Of a DNA stretch of 64,000 nucleotides, positions 37,772-50,015 are shown one piece after another. The position numbers and the translations under genes are program-made. Origin of the DNA: Isurus oxyrinchus (lineage: Eukaryota); contig JANJGN010000026.1 in the NCBI GenBank assembly GCA_026770705.1, positions 31,000,001 to 31,064,000 on the forward strand. Reading direction: 5' to 3'. Under the pieces are notes generated by a model that was not told the origin of the DNA, made no database searches, and saw only the letters and a list, made by a program, of their open reading frames with translations. Numbering within the stretch: the first letter of the stretch is position 1; the number at the start of each line of letters is the position of its first letter.

Positions 37772-37899
37772 CTTTGCCAGAGTGACGGCAGTGCTGTAGA
37801 AAATGCTCAGGAAGAACAGGATGATGAATGTGGAAGCAGTTGTCCAGATGTTGCCGTTATCATCCTCAGAGTCTTCAATCCAGATGCGGTCTGTGGAAT
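37772..37899 (-). CDS. IGHM: IgM TM1 exon
   Basis: (D)STDRIWIEDSEDDNGNIWTTASTFIILFFLSIFYSTAVTLAK: acidic spacer plus CART motif, AG/GT boundaries, 128 nt. Confidence 0.95.
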
Positions 37900-38439
37900 C
37901 TACGAGGATATAGCCGAGGAAATATAATTAGATTGTTTACTAATCTAGGGTATCATTTTTTAAATATTTCCTTTACTCTTTCATAAGTTATTAATGTATT
38001 CAATGTTCAATGTATATCTACTATTAAGTGACACTCAGTAACCCATCTCTGTAACTATCTCCACAGCTGTTCTCCCTTTACAATCTTTGTACAGTCCATG
38101 TCGGAAAATGTGACAACTTTTCTCCAGTTTCAGGTTATTCTCCAACAATTTCGTATGATCTATTATTGGAGAATATTATGATGGGTATTGGGAGAGATTC
38201 ACTGAGCTACTTATTTGGAAACTGTGAACGTTGCTTTTTAAAATCTCGGATGTGCGTTCCCATCTTGTTTGTCTATTTTGTGATGGGAATGTTTGGTGCA
38301 TCATTAATTTAAATCAGTTTCTCAGTAAGAGCATTGTTTCAGTGTGTTTATCGGGCTATTATGTAATAGAGACAATTGCCGGAGGATATGCCCGTTAGAA
38401 AAGTACATTTGAATTATACTTTCTTCAATAGCCTGGCCT

Positions 38440-38792
38440 CTGTGTTGTGCTTTAGCTTTTGTGTGTGTCTGCATGAGTATCTCGCACTTTGCATTACTGG
38501 TTGTTTGTGTGTCCATAGGTGTGCATGTGTGTTAATGTGTGTGTTCATGTGCCAATGAGTGCTGATTTGTGTATTTTTGTGTCTGCGTCTGTACGTATAT
38601 TTGTTTTTTCTGCCAAAGTGTATGTATGAGTGTGTTATTGTGCATGTTTGTGTATTGTTGTCTTTGTTGACTTATTAATGTCTGTGTTAATGTATGTTTA
38701 CGCGTTCCGGCTGTTAATATGAGTGCTAATGTTTCTTTTTGTGTTCCACTGTGTGTCAGCATATTAATGCCTGTGTCACAGCGTCTGTGTGT

Positions 38793-38853
<61 letters not shown>

Positions 38854-39590
38854 ATACAGCGAGAGAGAGATAGAGTTTTTAATGTGTGCATTTGCGTGTT
38901 GATCGATATTTAGAACTATGTATCAATGCGTGTTTATGTTTTCATATGTACCAACGTGTGTTTTTTGTGTTCTAGTGTGTATGAGTATGTTCATGTTTGT
39001 GTCCACATGGGTGTTTGTGAATCTGTTAGTCAGTTCCTCTGTGTTTTTGCATCTGGGTGTCGTCTGCTCATTTGTGTGCATGTGTTCATGTATGCCCATG
39101 CATTGTTTTCATGTGTACGATAGTGTGTGTCTTTCTGTCTGTATTTCTGTCATTGTGAATGTGTGATAATGCATATGCTAAAACTTACATTTGTACTTTG
39201 TATCCTTGTATGAGTCTGCTTGTCTGGTTTTATCTGTTTATGTGTGTGTGATTGTGTACATGTGTGTGAGCGAGTGTGTCTGTGTGTGTATTTCTGTATG
39301 TGTGATTATGTGTGTGTATTTGTGAATGTGTGTGATTGTGCGTGTGTATTTGTTTATGTGTGTATGTGTGTGTCTGTGTATGTTTGTGCGTCTGTGTCCA
39401 TGCGTTTGTGATTGCGTGCACATGTGTGTATATTTATCTATGTGTTTCTGCCTGTGTTTGTGTGGGTGCGCATGTGTGGGTGTACATGTGTCTGCTTGTA
39501 CCTGTGTGTGTTTGTGTCTGTGTGTCTGTGCCTATGTGTGTGTGTATACACGTGTTTGTGTCTGTCAATTTGTGTCAGCTGTGTGTATTT
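38440..39590. repeat. Degenerate (TG)n low-complexity tract with a pure core at ~38786-38850
   Basis: Direct reading. Confidence 0.95.
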
Positions 39591-40069
39591 TTACTATTTT
39601 TCCAAATTTCACCAGGTACCAATGATCGAGTCTGATCTTGACGGTGAAAAATGTGGTGAATATTTTCAATATACTGTGTATAAACATGTTTTCTGTGAGA
39701 TGCAAGGTGATATCAGGTGAACGAATGCAAACAATCAATCATATGCCTCATAAAAGTTCAGGGACAGAACCTTGAACAACCCAGGGAGGATTCAAACACC
39801 AGTTTAGATTCGGATGATGGGAAATCAATCTTAGCATAAGCTTAACAGGGACAAGAGTGTTAAAACATCTTCAAGTTATGTTGCATAAATAGATGTTTTT
39901 ACAACGTCCTAAGCATGATGGGAGTTTAAAATCTGTGGCCAGTAAGCTAGAAGTTGACTTGGACTGTTGGTAACTGAGTCCTTATAGTAGAGATCCATTC
40001 CCTTCCAGATTCTCTGCTCAGGGACTGAGGGTCCAGTGAGTTAATAGTTTTGTTCTGTCTGGTTGTCTA

Positions 40070-40530
40070 AGCAATTTCCCTTTCAGTTCTCTCTGCTGAG
40101 AAGGTGGAGACACACCGGGTTAGCCAATGACCTTCCTCGTCTTTTTGTTTAGCAAGTGGAGGTAAAATTGAATTAAAATTTTCCTTTCAGTTTTCTCTGC
40201 TGGGTAAGTGGAGGTACAGTGGGTTACCAGTTTTCCTTCCCCTCTCTCTGTTGGGAAAGTGGGGGTACAGTGGTTAAACAATTCCACCCCCCCCCCCCCC
40301 CCCCCCCCTACCTGCTGTTGTGGAAGTGAAGGTGCAGTGGTTTAACAATGTCCCCTCCCCCTCTCTCTGTTGGGGAAATGGTGGTACATTGGGTTAACAA
40401 TTTCCCCTCCCCTTTCTCTGTTGGAGAAGTCGGGGGATGGTGGGTTAGCAATTTCCACTCCCCTCTCTCTGTTGGGGAGGTGGAGGTGCAGTGAGGTAAC
40501 AATTTCCCTTCCCCCTCTCTCTGATGGGGG
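40070..40530. repeat. ~51-bp minisatellite, about 9 copies, in the Cmu4-TM1 intron
   Basis: Unit approximately caatttcccctcccctctctctgttggggaagtggaggtgcagtgggttaa. One copy has an expanded poly-C run. Confidence 0.8.
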
Positions 40531-40928
40531 ATTGTTGGGACATATATCTGTGTGACCCTCACTTCAGTTCCCAGTGGGTGTGGTGCAGAAGCTTAAAGCT
40601 GACATCCATTTTAAAGCGATGGATGACAAGAGAAGCAGGAGCACCCAGATCTAAATGTGCTGTGTTTGTTTATCGGAAATGAGAAATTGTCAGAGTTCTC
40701 CTCAGCGGGAGGAGAGCTGGTGAAGTTATTTTGCAGAATCCTGTAATGAATGAGCTTTACACTGTCTCTAACCCAGGGTGTATCTGAGCTGGGAGCACTG
40801 GATGTACAAGACTTGGGTCTGAGCCCTGTGAGTATCCGATTTTAACAAAACACGTCTAAAATGATCAAAAGTGGAAAACAACATTAAGTAAACGATTGTG
40901 TATTTAAATCACGATTGGAGAAAAGGAC

Positions 40929-40944
40929 TTTATTATTTTTTATT
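40929..40944 (-). terminator. Tandem AATAAA polyA signals of secreted IgM
   Basis: Plus-strand tttatt at 40929 and 40939, about 30 nt after the stop codon. Confidence 0.85.
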
Positions 40945-40971
40945 GAAGTTTGAAATGGAACCGAGAGATTC

Positions 40972-41363
40972 TCATTGACATGAATTAACGGTGTCCATCA
41001 GTGCAAGGGAAATGTTCACAAAACTCGGTTTACCGCTGGATTTATCAACCGTTCTGTTGATGATCTTCAAGGGGATCGCTTCATGTCCCACCACACAGGA
41101 GTAAGAAGCGCCGCTGGCCCACTCCTCCGCTGCAATGGATAACAGGCTGTACATGAAGAAGGAGCGATTGCCGTTCTCCGCCACCACCTCGGTGTTCTTG
41201 TAGTTTCCGGGAGCCACCGGCTTGTCATTGACGGTCCACTTGACGAAGATCTCTCGGGGGGAGAAACCTCTCACTAAGCAGCTGAGGGAGACGGACCTCT
41301 GAGCGGAGACATCTTCTGCCGAGGGCAGGAGGACAGACACGGACGGTTCCCGCGGGTCTTTAA
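40972..41363 (-). CDS. IGHM: IgM Cmu4 plus secretory tailpiece
   Basis: (V)[13 protein letters not shown]...[42 protein letters not shown]. Internal donor G|GTAAAC at 41033 for the membrane form, tail NIS sequon and penultimate Cys. Confidence 0.97.
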
Positions 41364-41499
41364 CTGCAGAAAATGTACAATAAATGTCAATAAGCTGCAT
41401 ACTTACGTAGACAATGAAACGGCTGGTTAGATGTGAGAGAAACGTGTTTTGTGATGAATATTAAGGTTTTTCATTATCCACTTCTAGGAAATATATCAC

Positions 41500-41690
41500 C
41501 GATTCTTCACTATAGCTGAATCAAAATCCTGGAACTCCCTTCCTAACAGCACTGTGGGTGTATCTACACCACATGGACTACAGTGGTTCAAGAAGGCAGC
41601 TCACCAACACCTTGTCAAGGGCAATTAGGGATGGGCAATAACTCTGGCCCAGCCAGAGACGCCCACATCCCATGAATTAATAAATAAAAT
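41500..41690 (+). mobile_element. SINE/CR1 tail fragment in the Cmu3-Cmu4 intron
   Basis: aaatcctggaactcccttcctaacagcactgtggg...aagggcaattagggatgggcaataa. Confidence 0.7.
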
Positions 41691-42067
41691 ACTTTGGGAT
41701 CTGTCCGGCTTTCCAGCTCGGAGCAAAGGTGGCACAATCCTTTTCCCTGGGGTTGGACGAGAAAGTTTCTCAAAGTTTACAGCACAGAAACAGGCCTTTC
41801 TGCCCAACTGGTCCATGTTGGTGTTTTAGCTTCGCACCAGACTCCTCCCATCTTGCTTCATCTAAACCCAATGGCACAGCCTTCAATTCATTTTTCATTC
41901 ATCTCCTTATCAATTTCCCCCTGAAAGTCCACAGGCCCAGGGCATTTAGTTGGCGAAATTGCTAATCAGAGTAGACCATGAATACAATGAATAGTAAATA
42001 TTGATCCTTACACTTACACTGGAAATAGACACATTGAACAACTTATTGTTTCAATCTCACCGCTCAC

Positions 42068-42379
42068 CTTGTTCCTTGTGGATGGAACTTCTTAAAGGAG
42101 TCGGCAGATCCTGATGGCTCACCACGCAGTAGAACTCAGCCCCACTCAGCCAGGCTTGTGTCGAGATGTTTACGTTGCTGACCACGCTGTCGGGATCCTC
42201 TCCTGGTTGGACGGCGATTTCTGATTTCAAAGGCTTCTTCTCCTCGGTCCAAGACACGAGGACTCCATAAGGAGCATTAGAAACGATGCAGGTTAAGGTC
42301 ACGGTCGCTTCCAGTAAGACTTGTTCTATTGGAGGTGGCAATAGAGTAATTGTGGGATCGTTGTGGCAGTGGGAATCAT
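42068..42379 (-). CDS. IGHM: IgM Cmu3 exon
   Basis: [30 protein letters not shown]...[14 protein letters not shown], 312 nt, phase 1-1. Confidence 0.96.
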
Positions 42380-43003
42380 CTGTGAGACAGAAATGAAAAT
42401 CAACCAAAGTTTCACCTTCAGAATCAGCACAGTAGTATTCAGCCTTCACTCCCTGAAGGAGAATAAATCACCTTGGACATATCAACCTCTAACTATCGTT
42501 TTTAAACTTCTTTACACAATGGAAAAACAGCTTGGTCTGTGTAAATTGTTCTCATAATTTAAGTCGTTCAACCCCGGTAATATTCTCATAAATCTGCGTT
42601 GCCCCAGTCCCAATACAAATGTATCATTCCTGGGCCCTGGAATGCAGGATTGAAAGCTCTTTTATAAAAAGGGTGGGTGCACTTTCCAACACTTTATCTC
42701 GAAGCTGTTACCAGTGAAGGGTTCCAGACACCTTCTGCCTCTCCAAATATGATCAGCTGACTCAAGGTAAAGCTGATATCAAGTCCCCCTCACTCACTCT
42801 ATGACGTCAATGCAGAGACGTGATGTGATAAAATCCTGAATGGTGAACAATCCGAATGCAGCACTTACATCAGAATGAAACACCAACTATATGATAGTAA
42901 ATTAGAAGTTGTTTCGTGCTTTCTACTAACTCCAATAAATTCCTGATTTGATTAACATCGGAGTGCAGAATGATCTATTGCTTCCTCGGTTTGTATTTCT
43001 TAC

Positions 43004-43318
43004 CCTCACACTTGGTGGCGTTTCGACTTTGGGTGACCCCTTGGTGAGTGACCTGACAGGTATAGACTGCATCGCTGAACCATTCCCCAGCGGAGACTTT
43101 CAGCCGACTGGTCGCCGAGAAGTTCCCGTTCATTTCAAAGGTGGGAGAGGTGATAATTCCTGAATTTATGGATTGTCCATTTTTTAGCCACTTCACGGTG
43201 ATTGACTTCGGACGGAAATCGATGATTGAACAGACAGCGGTTGCAAATTTGTTGGTTGTGATTTCTTCCCGGGAACTCACGGTGAGGAGAACAGTTGGAG
43301 GTAAGCCAGATCCAGCAC
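43004..43318 (-). CDS. IGHM: IgM Cmu2 exon
   Basis: [14 protein letters not shown]...[21 protein letters not shown]...YTCQVTH, 315 nt, phase 1-1. Confidence 0.96.
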
Positions 43319-43530
43319 CTTCAGAAAACACAGGTTAGTCATTTCTTGCAGAAGAAATTGATAACAGATACAATGAGTTCTTATATTTAACAGGCTCTTT
43401 GCAGTCAATGGACACTAACCTGGAATTTCCAGGGATCAGAACTATGCAGAACACTATAAATGCGTTATAACCAAGGCCCTATACAGGTCAATCACAGCCT
43501 TTCTTTTCTCACAGGTTCCCCAACACTTAC

Positions 43531-43830
43531 ATTGCATTTCAATGCTCTTGTCTGAGCCGCTGTGTCGAACCTCACACCTGATTTTGCTGCAATCCCCCTC
43601 TGACTCGGCGATGGTTAACTGGCTGCTCATGGTGTAGGTTCCCTTCTGATTTCTCACCGATGGGTAAGTCTTAAATCCAGTGGTAATCTGCTGCCCATCT
43701 TTCTTCCAGGTCAAGCTGGTGATTTCTGGGGAGTAGTCCATCGCCAAACAGCCGTAGGTGATGGAGCTGTCGGTGTTGTGTTGCTGACAGGAGGAGACCA
43801 GGCTGTAGAGAGTGGGCGAAGACGGTGTCG
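43531..43830 (-). CDS. IGHM: IgM Cmu1 exon
   Basis: (A)[43 protein letters not shown]...[18 protein letters not shown], 300 nt, phase 1-1. Confidence 0.96.
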
Positions 43831-44389
43831 CTGGGAAAGAATGGCCGATCGAACAAGTTAGACTCTGTGATTTGTGATCATTAAGTAACCAAACAACTCG
43901 AAATTAGACTGTAACTATAAACATATCCAAATATATTCCAACTAAAACCCACATCCACATTTGATCATTTATTTCCATCATTTGGTGACCCTCACTTGTC
44001 GGTTCCCTCTTTAGAAACCCACACCTCTTTTTCTGCCTCTATCCCATTACTAAAAGAGAACATTTTGATGTCATCTGAATGACGTACCTTTCAATGGATT
44101 AAAATGGAAGAGCAGAGCATCTTCCCCATTATTTTGGCACCATTTATTTCTCAATCAACAGCACTTGGTGATAGAGAAATTGTCTCGTCATTTATATCAT
44201 TGGTTTGGAAATTGGCTCTGTTCAAATGAACTGATGCCCCCTCCTCTCTCCACGTCCCCCCCAAAACAAAGAACAGCAACAACCCTTCGAAAGTACCTTT
44301 GTAATGGTACCTATACAATGACCATAGAACTCTAACTTGAATACTAGTGACAGTTAGTATGATATGTTCCAATCGTATGTACATGTGAA

Positions 44390-45910
44390 CGTGCGGATCA
44401 GTAGCAGGAGTAGGCCATTCGGCCTCTGGGGCCTCCTCCACCATTCACTACTGATCATAGCTGATCTGATTGTGGCGTTAACTCCACATTCCCGCCTCCT
44501 CTCGGCTAACCTTTGACTCCCTTGTTAATGAAGAATCTCTCTATCTCTGCCTTGAAATATTAATGACTCCTCCTCCATCGCTCTCTGGGGAAGAGAGTTC
44601 CAAAGTTTCACGATCCTTTGACAGAAAAATAAAATCCCCTCATTTCTGTCTGAAATGGGAGACCTCTTATTTTTAAACCGTGTTCCCTATCGTTAGTCTG
44701 TCTCACAAGGGGAAACATCCTTTCAGCTTCCACTCTGTCAATTCCCCTCAGGATCTTATATGTTTCAATAAAATCAGCTCTCATTCTTCTCAACTCCAGT
44801 GGATACAGGCCCAGCCTATCCATACTTTCCTCATAAGATAACCAACGACAACCCCAGTATCATTTGAATGAACATTCTCTGAATAGCTTCTAATGCTTTT
44901 AAATCCTTTTTTAAAGGAAACTAAGTCTGTACACAGCAATTCAGACGAGGCCTCATCGATGCCCTGTTAAACTGTAGCAAAACATCTTTACTTTGCATTC
45001 TATTCCCCTTGTAATAAATGCCAACATTCCCTTTGCCTTCCTCATTACTTGCTGTTCCTGTATTGTAACGTTTTGTAATTCATGCACCAAGGGATCCACA
45101 TTTCTCTGTACCTCAGGGTTCTGCAATCTCTCTCCCTTTTAATAATATGCTGCTTTTGTATTCTTCCTGCCAAAGTGGACAAGTTTATATTTTCCCACAT
45201 TATATGGCATCTGTCATTTATTTGCCCACTCACTTATTCTATTTATGTCCCTTTGCTGGGCCTTTATCCCCTCTTCACCACTTACTCTCCTATCTTTGTG
45301 TCATCAGCAAATTTAGCAAATTCATCCAGTCCTTTCATTCAAGTGATTGATATAAATTGTAAATAGTTGAGGCCACAGCATTGATCCCTGTGGCACTCCA
45401 ATTGTCACATCTTGCCAACCTAAAATAACCAAGTTATCCCTACTCTGTTTGCTGTTAGCTAACCAAACTTCTACCCATGCTGAAATGTTACAGCCAACAC
45501 CATTATTTGTGTAGCAACCTTTGATGTGCCACTTTGTCAAATACCTTCTGGAAGCCCAAGTACAGCACATCCACAGGTTCTCCTTTATTCATGTTCTTTG
45601 TTGCTTCCTCGAAAGGCCTCAGATCAAATCAGACAAACATGATTCCCCTTTCATAAAATCATGATGGATCTACATAATTGCATTTGGATTTTCTAAGTGA
45701 CCCATGATAAACTCGAGAAAAATAGATTCCAGCATTTTCACTCTGACAGATGTTATGCTACCTGGCCTGTAGTTTCTTGCTTTCCTTTTCCTTCCTTTAA
45801 TTAATATAAAAGCCTCATTCTCTTTTTTCCACCTGATGGGACCTTTCCAGAATCTTGGGAAGTTTGGAAAATTAAAAGCAATGCCTCTGTTATTTTAGTA
45901 ACCGCCTCGT
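44390..45910 (-). mobile_element. Older CR1 LINE in the J-C intron
   Basis: GVPQGSMLWPQLFTIYINHL; DRLGLYPLELRRMRADFIETYKIL. Confidence 0.85.
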
Positions 45911-46399
45911 TAAGGCCAAAATATTTGTCCAACTTCACTGCCCATTTCCTTAGTTTCCTTTCTTACCGGCTTGTCCAATCCATGTCCCATGGCTGGATTG
46001 TGGCCCCCGAAGCCCCTCTGTCTGGCCCCCCGGAGCCGTTGTTCAAAATGCTGGTAAGGCGGGTAAGTGGAGTTGAAGATATCTGGAAGGAGCTGCCCCT
46101 CCAATCACAGGTGAGCCTTCGACCCATTAGCTGCTGATAGGTTTGCTAGTAGCCCTATCAGCAGTAAAAGTGGGAGACAAACAGGTTGTGATTGGAGGGG
46201 CAGCGAACACCCGATAGAGAAAGGCGCAGGGAGCCGGGGGGGGGGGGGAAGTGCACGAAGACATTGTCTCCCTTCTATCCCAGGCACTTAGTGCCTTTCT
46301 CTGGGAATGGAATGGATTTCAGGAGGAGGAGAGACAATGAGGGAGAGAGAGTTAGAGAGAGTGGGGCCCAAGGCATCTGGGGCATCGGCTCGCAACTGC

Positions 46400-47710
46400 T
46401 TTCACCCAGCTCTCCCCGCTCTCCCCCAGCTCTCTGCATTAAATCCAAGGTCTCTACACTTCTGCCTGGCTCTCTATCCTTTCCATCGCCTCTTTGCCCA
46501 TCCCACCCCTCACTTCTCTGTCCTGTTCCCCCCTACCGCTCTGCCCTTTACCCCCTCCACTCTGCCCTTCGCCCCTCCTCTCTGTCCTTTCCCCCTCCCC
46601 TTTGCCCTTCCCCCCTGCTTCTCTGCCCTTTACCCCTCCCGCCTCACTGGCCTTTTCCCCTCCCGCCTCTCTGGCCTTTTCCCCTCCCGCCTCTGTCCTT
46701 TCCCCCTCCTGCTTCTCTGCACTTCCCCCCCTTCCCGCCTCTCTGCTCTTTCTCCCCACCCCTCGACCACGCTGCCCTTTCCCTGCTGCCTCTCTGTAAT
46801 TTCTCCCCCAGCTCTGCATTTACTCCATGGCTCTCTGACTTCTTCCCTGATTCGCTGACCTTTCTCTCACCTCTCTGCTCGCCCACCCTGCCTCTCTGCC
46901 CTTCATCCCCCACCTCCCTGTCCTGTCGCCCTCCCGCCTCTCTGACCTTTCCCCCCTCGGCCTCTCTGCCCTTTCACCCCCAGCTCTCTGCACTTACTCC
47001 AAGGCTCCCTGCACTTTCGTTCACCTCTCCGCCCTTTCCATCACCTCTCTGCCCTTTCCTCCTCCTGCCTCCCTGCCTTTTTCCGCACCTGCTTCTCTGC
47101 TCTGTTCCTCTCCCACCGCTCTGCCCTTTACCTCATCCCCTCTGCCCTTTCCACCCACTCCCTTCTGCCCTTTCCCCCTCCCACCTCTCTGCCCTCCCAC
47201 CTCTGCCTCTCTGCCCTTTCCCCCTCCCACTTCTCTGCCCTTTCCTCCCATAACCTTTCTGCTCCTCCCCCCCACCTCTCTGCTCTTTCCCCCCACCTCC
47301 CTGCCCTGTCACCCTCCCACCTCTCTGCCCTTTCCCCCTCCCGCCTCTCTGTCCTTTCTACCCCAGCTCTCTGCTATTTCCCTCACCTCACTGCCCTGTC
47401 GCTCTCCCGCCTCTCTGCCCTTTCCCCCTCCCGCCTCTGTCCTTTCTACCCCAGATCTCTGCTATTTCCCCCCACCTCCCTGCCCTGTCGCCCTCCTGCC
47501 TCTCTGCCTTTTTCCCCTCCCGCCTCTCTGTCCTTTCTACCCCAGCTCTCTGCATTTACTTTATGGTTCTCTGCGCTTTTGCCCAGCTCTCTGCCTTTTT
47601 CCCCAGTTTGCTAACCTCTCCGTCACCTCTCTGTCTATGCCCCCTGCCGCCTCTCTGCCCTTGACCCCTCCCCGCCTCTGCCCTTTCCCTCCTAGCTCTC
47701 TGCAATTATT
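46400..47710. repeat. Polypyrimidine/polypurine tandem repeat (~24-nt unit), G-rich on the Ig sense strand
   Basis: Plus-strand unit approximately ctctctgccctttccccctcccgc. Confidence 0.92.
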
Positions 47711-47749
47711 CCACGGCCCATTCCCCGACTCTCTTCAGGGAGTATAAGT

Positions 47750-48476
47750 GCAAGACTGTGTGAGATAGAGAATGTGTGTATGGGAGATTAAGAGTGTGTG
47801 TGTGAGAGGGAGTGTATGTGAGGGAGGAAGAGTATGTTTTTATATGCGTGTCATTGGGATTATAAGTGTGAGAGTGTCTGAGATGTACAAATGTGTGTGA
47901 GAGACTATGTGTGTGTGTGAGAGAAAGAGTGACTGTGAGAGAGAGAGTGTGTGTGTAGGGATGTGAGTGATAGGTGGTATAAATGTGTGAGAGAGAGAAA
48001 ATGTGTGTGTGTGTGGGAGAGAAAGAGTGTGTGAAAGAGAAAGCCAGTGTTTTTGTCAGAGAGAGAGAGTGAAAGAGTGTGTGTGTGAGAGAGAATGAGA
48101 GAGAGTGCATGTGTGAGAGAAAAAGTGTGTGTATGAGAGAGAATGTGTTTGTGTTTCTGTGTCTGTGTGAGGGAGGGAGAGAATGGAGAGTGCATGCATG
48201 TGTGAGTGTGTATGTGTGTGGGAGAGAGGGTGCATGTATGTGAGAGAGAGAGTGGTTATGCGTAAAAGAGAGGAAGTGTGTGTGTGTATTTGTGTGAGAG
48301 TGCATGTGTGAGAAAGAGTGCATGTGTGTGAGAGAGATAGTGTGTACGTGTGTGAGAATGTATATAATTGAGAGTGTATGTGTATGAGAGAATGTGAGTG
48401 TCTGTGTGAGAGTGTGTGTGAAAGAGAGAAGCAATCTGTGAGAGACAGAGTGTGTGCGTGTTAAAGACAGTTTGTG
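47750..48476. repeat. (TG)n/(GA)n mixed low-complexity tract
   Basis: Direct reading. Runs into the assembly gap. Confidence 0.9.
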
Positions 48477-48639
48477 NNNNNNNNNNNNNNNNNNNNNNNN
48501 NNNNNNNNNNNNNNNNNNNNNNNNNNNNNNNNNNNNNNNNNNNNNNNNNNNNNNNNNNNNNNNNNNNNNNNNNNNNNNNNNNNNNNNNNNNNNNNNNNNN
48601 NNNNNNNNNNNNNNNNNNNNNNNNNNNNNNNNNNNNNNN
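48477..48639. other. Assembly gap (163 N)
   Basis: N run. Confidence 1.
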
Positions 48640-49409
48640 GTGTGGTAAAGGGACTGAGTGTCGAGGTAGATCAGCCATGATCTTACTGAATGGAGCGCAG
48701 GATCAAAGGGTCGAATGTCCTCCTCATGCTTTCATTTCTGTCATTCATTCCTCCTCCTGCAGGCGGCAATCCAATGACTCAGTTTTTGATGGTGGCTCCT
48801 TTTTCCCTAAATCCCCAGCGGCTGGTTATTTGGAGCGGGGGCCTGGTCATTGTCCATTTCAATCATTTAAATAACTCGCAGCCTCTGATCAGATCAGAAC
48901 AGGCGCTGCTCTCTGCAGCCTCACTGTCACTCCCTGATTCTGTTTGTTCTGAAATTGTGCTCAAATTCAGGTCACTCAGATTCAATGATTTTCAGATACT
49001 CAAAATGTTAAATATAATTAATTCATTAAAATTTATACATGTTCTCTCCAGAACTATTGTTTAAAACAATTAACGTGCGTCATTTCAACAGAGCAATGGA
49101 ACAACTTATTTTCACAGATCTGGTTCAAGAACCCACAGCCAGTTAGATCGATGCTGATTCAGTTTGTTTGACCTCTGCGGGGAAAAGACTCTCAGGTCAG
49201 GAACAGGACAAGTTAAGATGTGGATTAAAGCCCCCACTCCTCCCCCAGTACACTCCTGTCATCAGCTGCAAGGGTGGGATTCAACAGAAAGAAAAATCTC
49301 CACTGAACTGTCGCACACTCCGGGGTAGGTACAGCACTGGTTTGAGATAAAATAAAACTCTCTCTACATTGTCCCATCAAATATGTCCAGGAGAGGGTTC
49401 AATCCAGTT

Positions 49410-50015
49410 TTGATATAAATGCTGTGGCTGCAAGAGCCAGTCAGAGGCTGGGAATTCTGTAGCGAGTAGTTCAACTCCTATCACCCAAAGACAACTCACC
49501 ATCTACAAGGCACAAGTCAGGACTGGGATTGAATAGCTTTCACTTGCCTCAATGAGTGAAACTCAGAAAACCCCAAGAAACTCAATACTATCCAGGACAA
49601 AGCAGCCCACAGAATTGGTACCCCATCCATGACGTTAAACATTCACTCCTTCTCCCACCGACGCACAGTGACAGCAGTGTGCGCCATATCCAAGATGCAC
49701 TGCAGCAACACGCCAAGGTTCCGTCAGCAGCACCTTCAAAACCTGTAACCTCTCCTAACTAGAAGGACAAGGGCAGCAGGTGCTTGGGAACACCGCCACC
49801 TGTACGCTCCCCTCCAAGGCACCCACCATCCTGACTTGGAACCATATCGCTGTGCCTTCGCTATGAATACGTCAAAATCCTGGAACTCCTGACCTAGCAG
49901 CACTGCGAGTGAACCTGCAGCTATTCAAGGAGGTGGCATTTCAGCACTTCCACAAGGGATAATTAGGGATGGACAACAAATGCTGGCCTTGCCAGCGACC
50001 CCAACATCCTCTGAC
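49410..50015 (+). mobile_element. CR1-like LINE 3' fragment sharing its tail with the local SINEs
   Basis: Remnants TIYKAQVR, LNTIQDKAA, IHSFSHRR. Ends aattagggatggacaacaaatgctggcc. Confidence 0.7.

Noticed and set aside
38532-39720. Multiple Cys-Val and His-Thr ORFs
   Set aside because: (TG)n tract translations.
43531-43600. Extra cysteines at the end of Cmu1 (DCSKIRC...MQC)
   Set aside because: As I recall, similar Cys patterns occur in other shark mu chains; I cannot support novelty without an alignment.
46192-47253. 353-aa Pro/Leu-rich ORF and antisense Gly/Arg-rich ORFs
   Set aside because: By-product of a stop-poor C/T tandem repeat inside the Ig intron.
47706-48434. 242-aa His/Thr/Ser-rich ORF
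   Set aside because: Translation of (CA)/(CT) low-complexity sequence.
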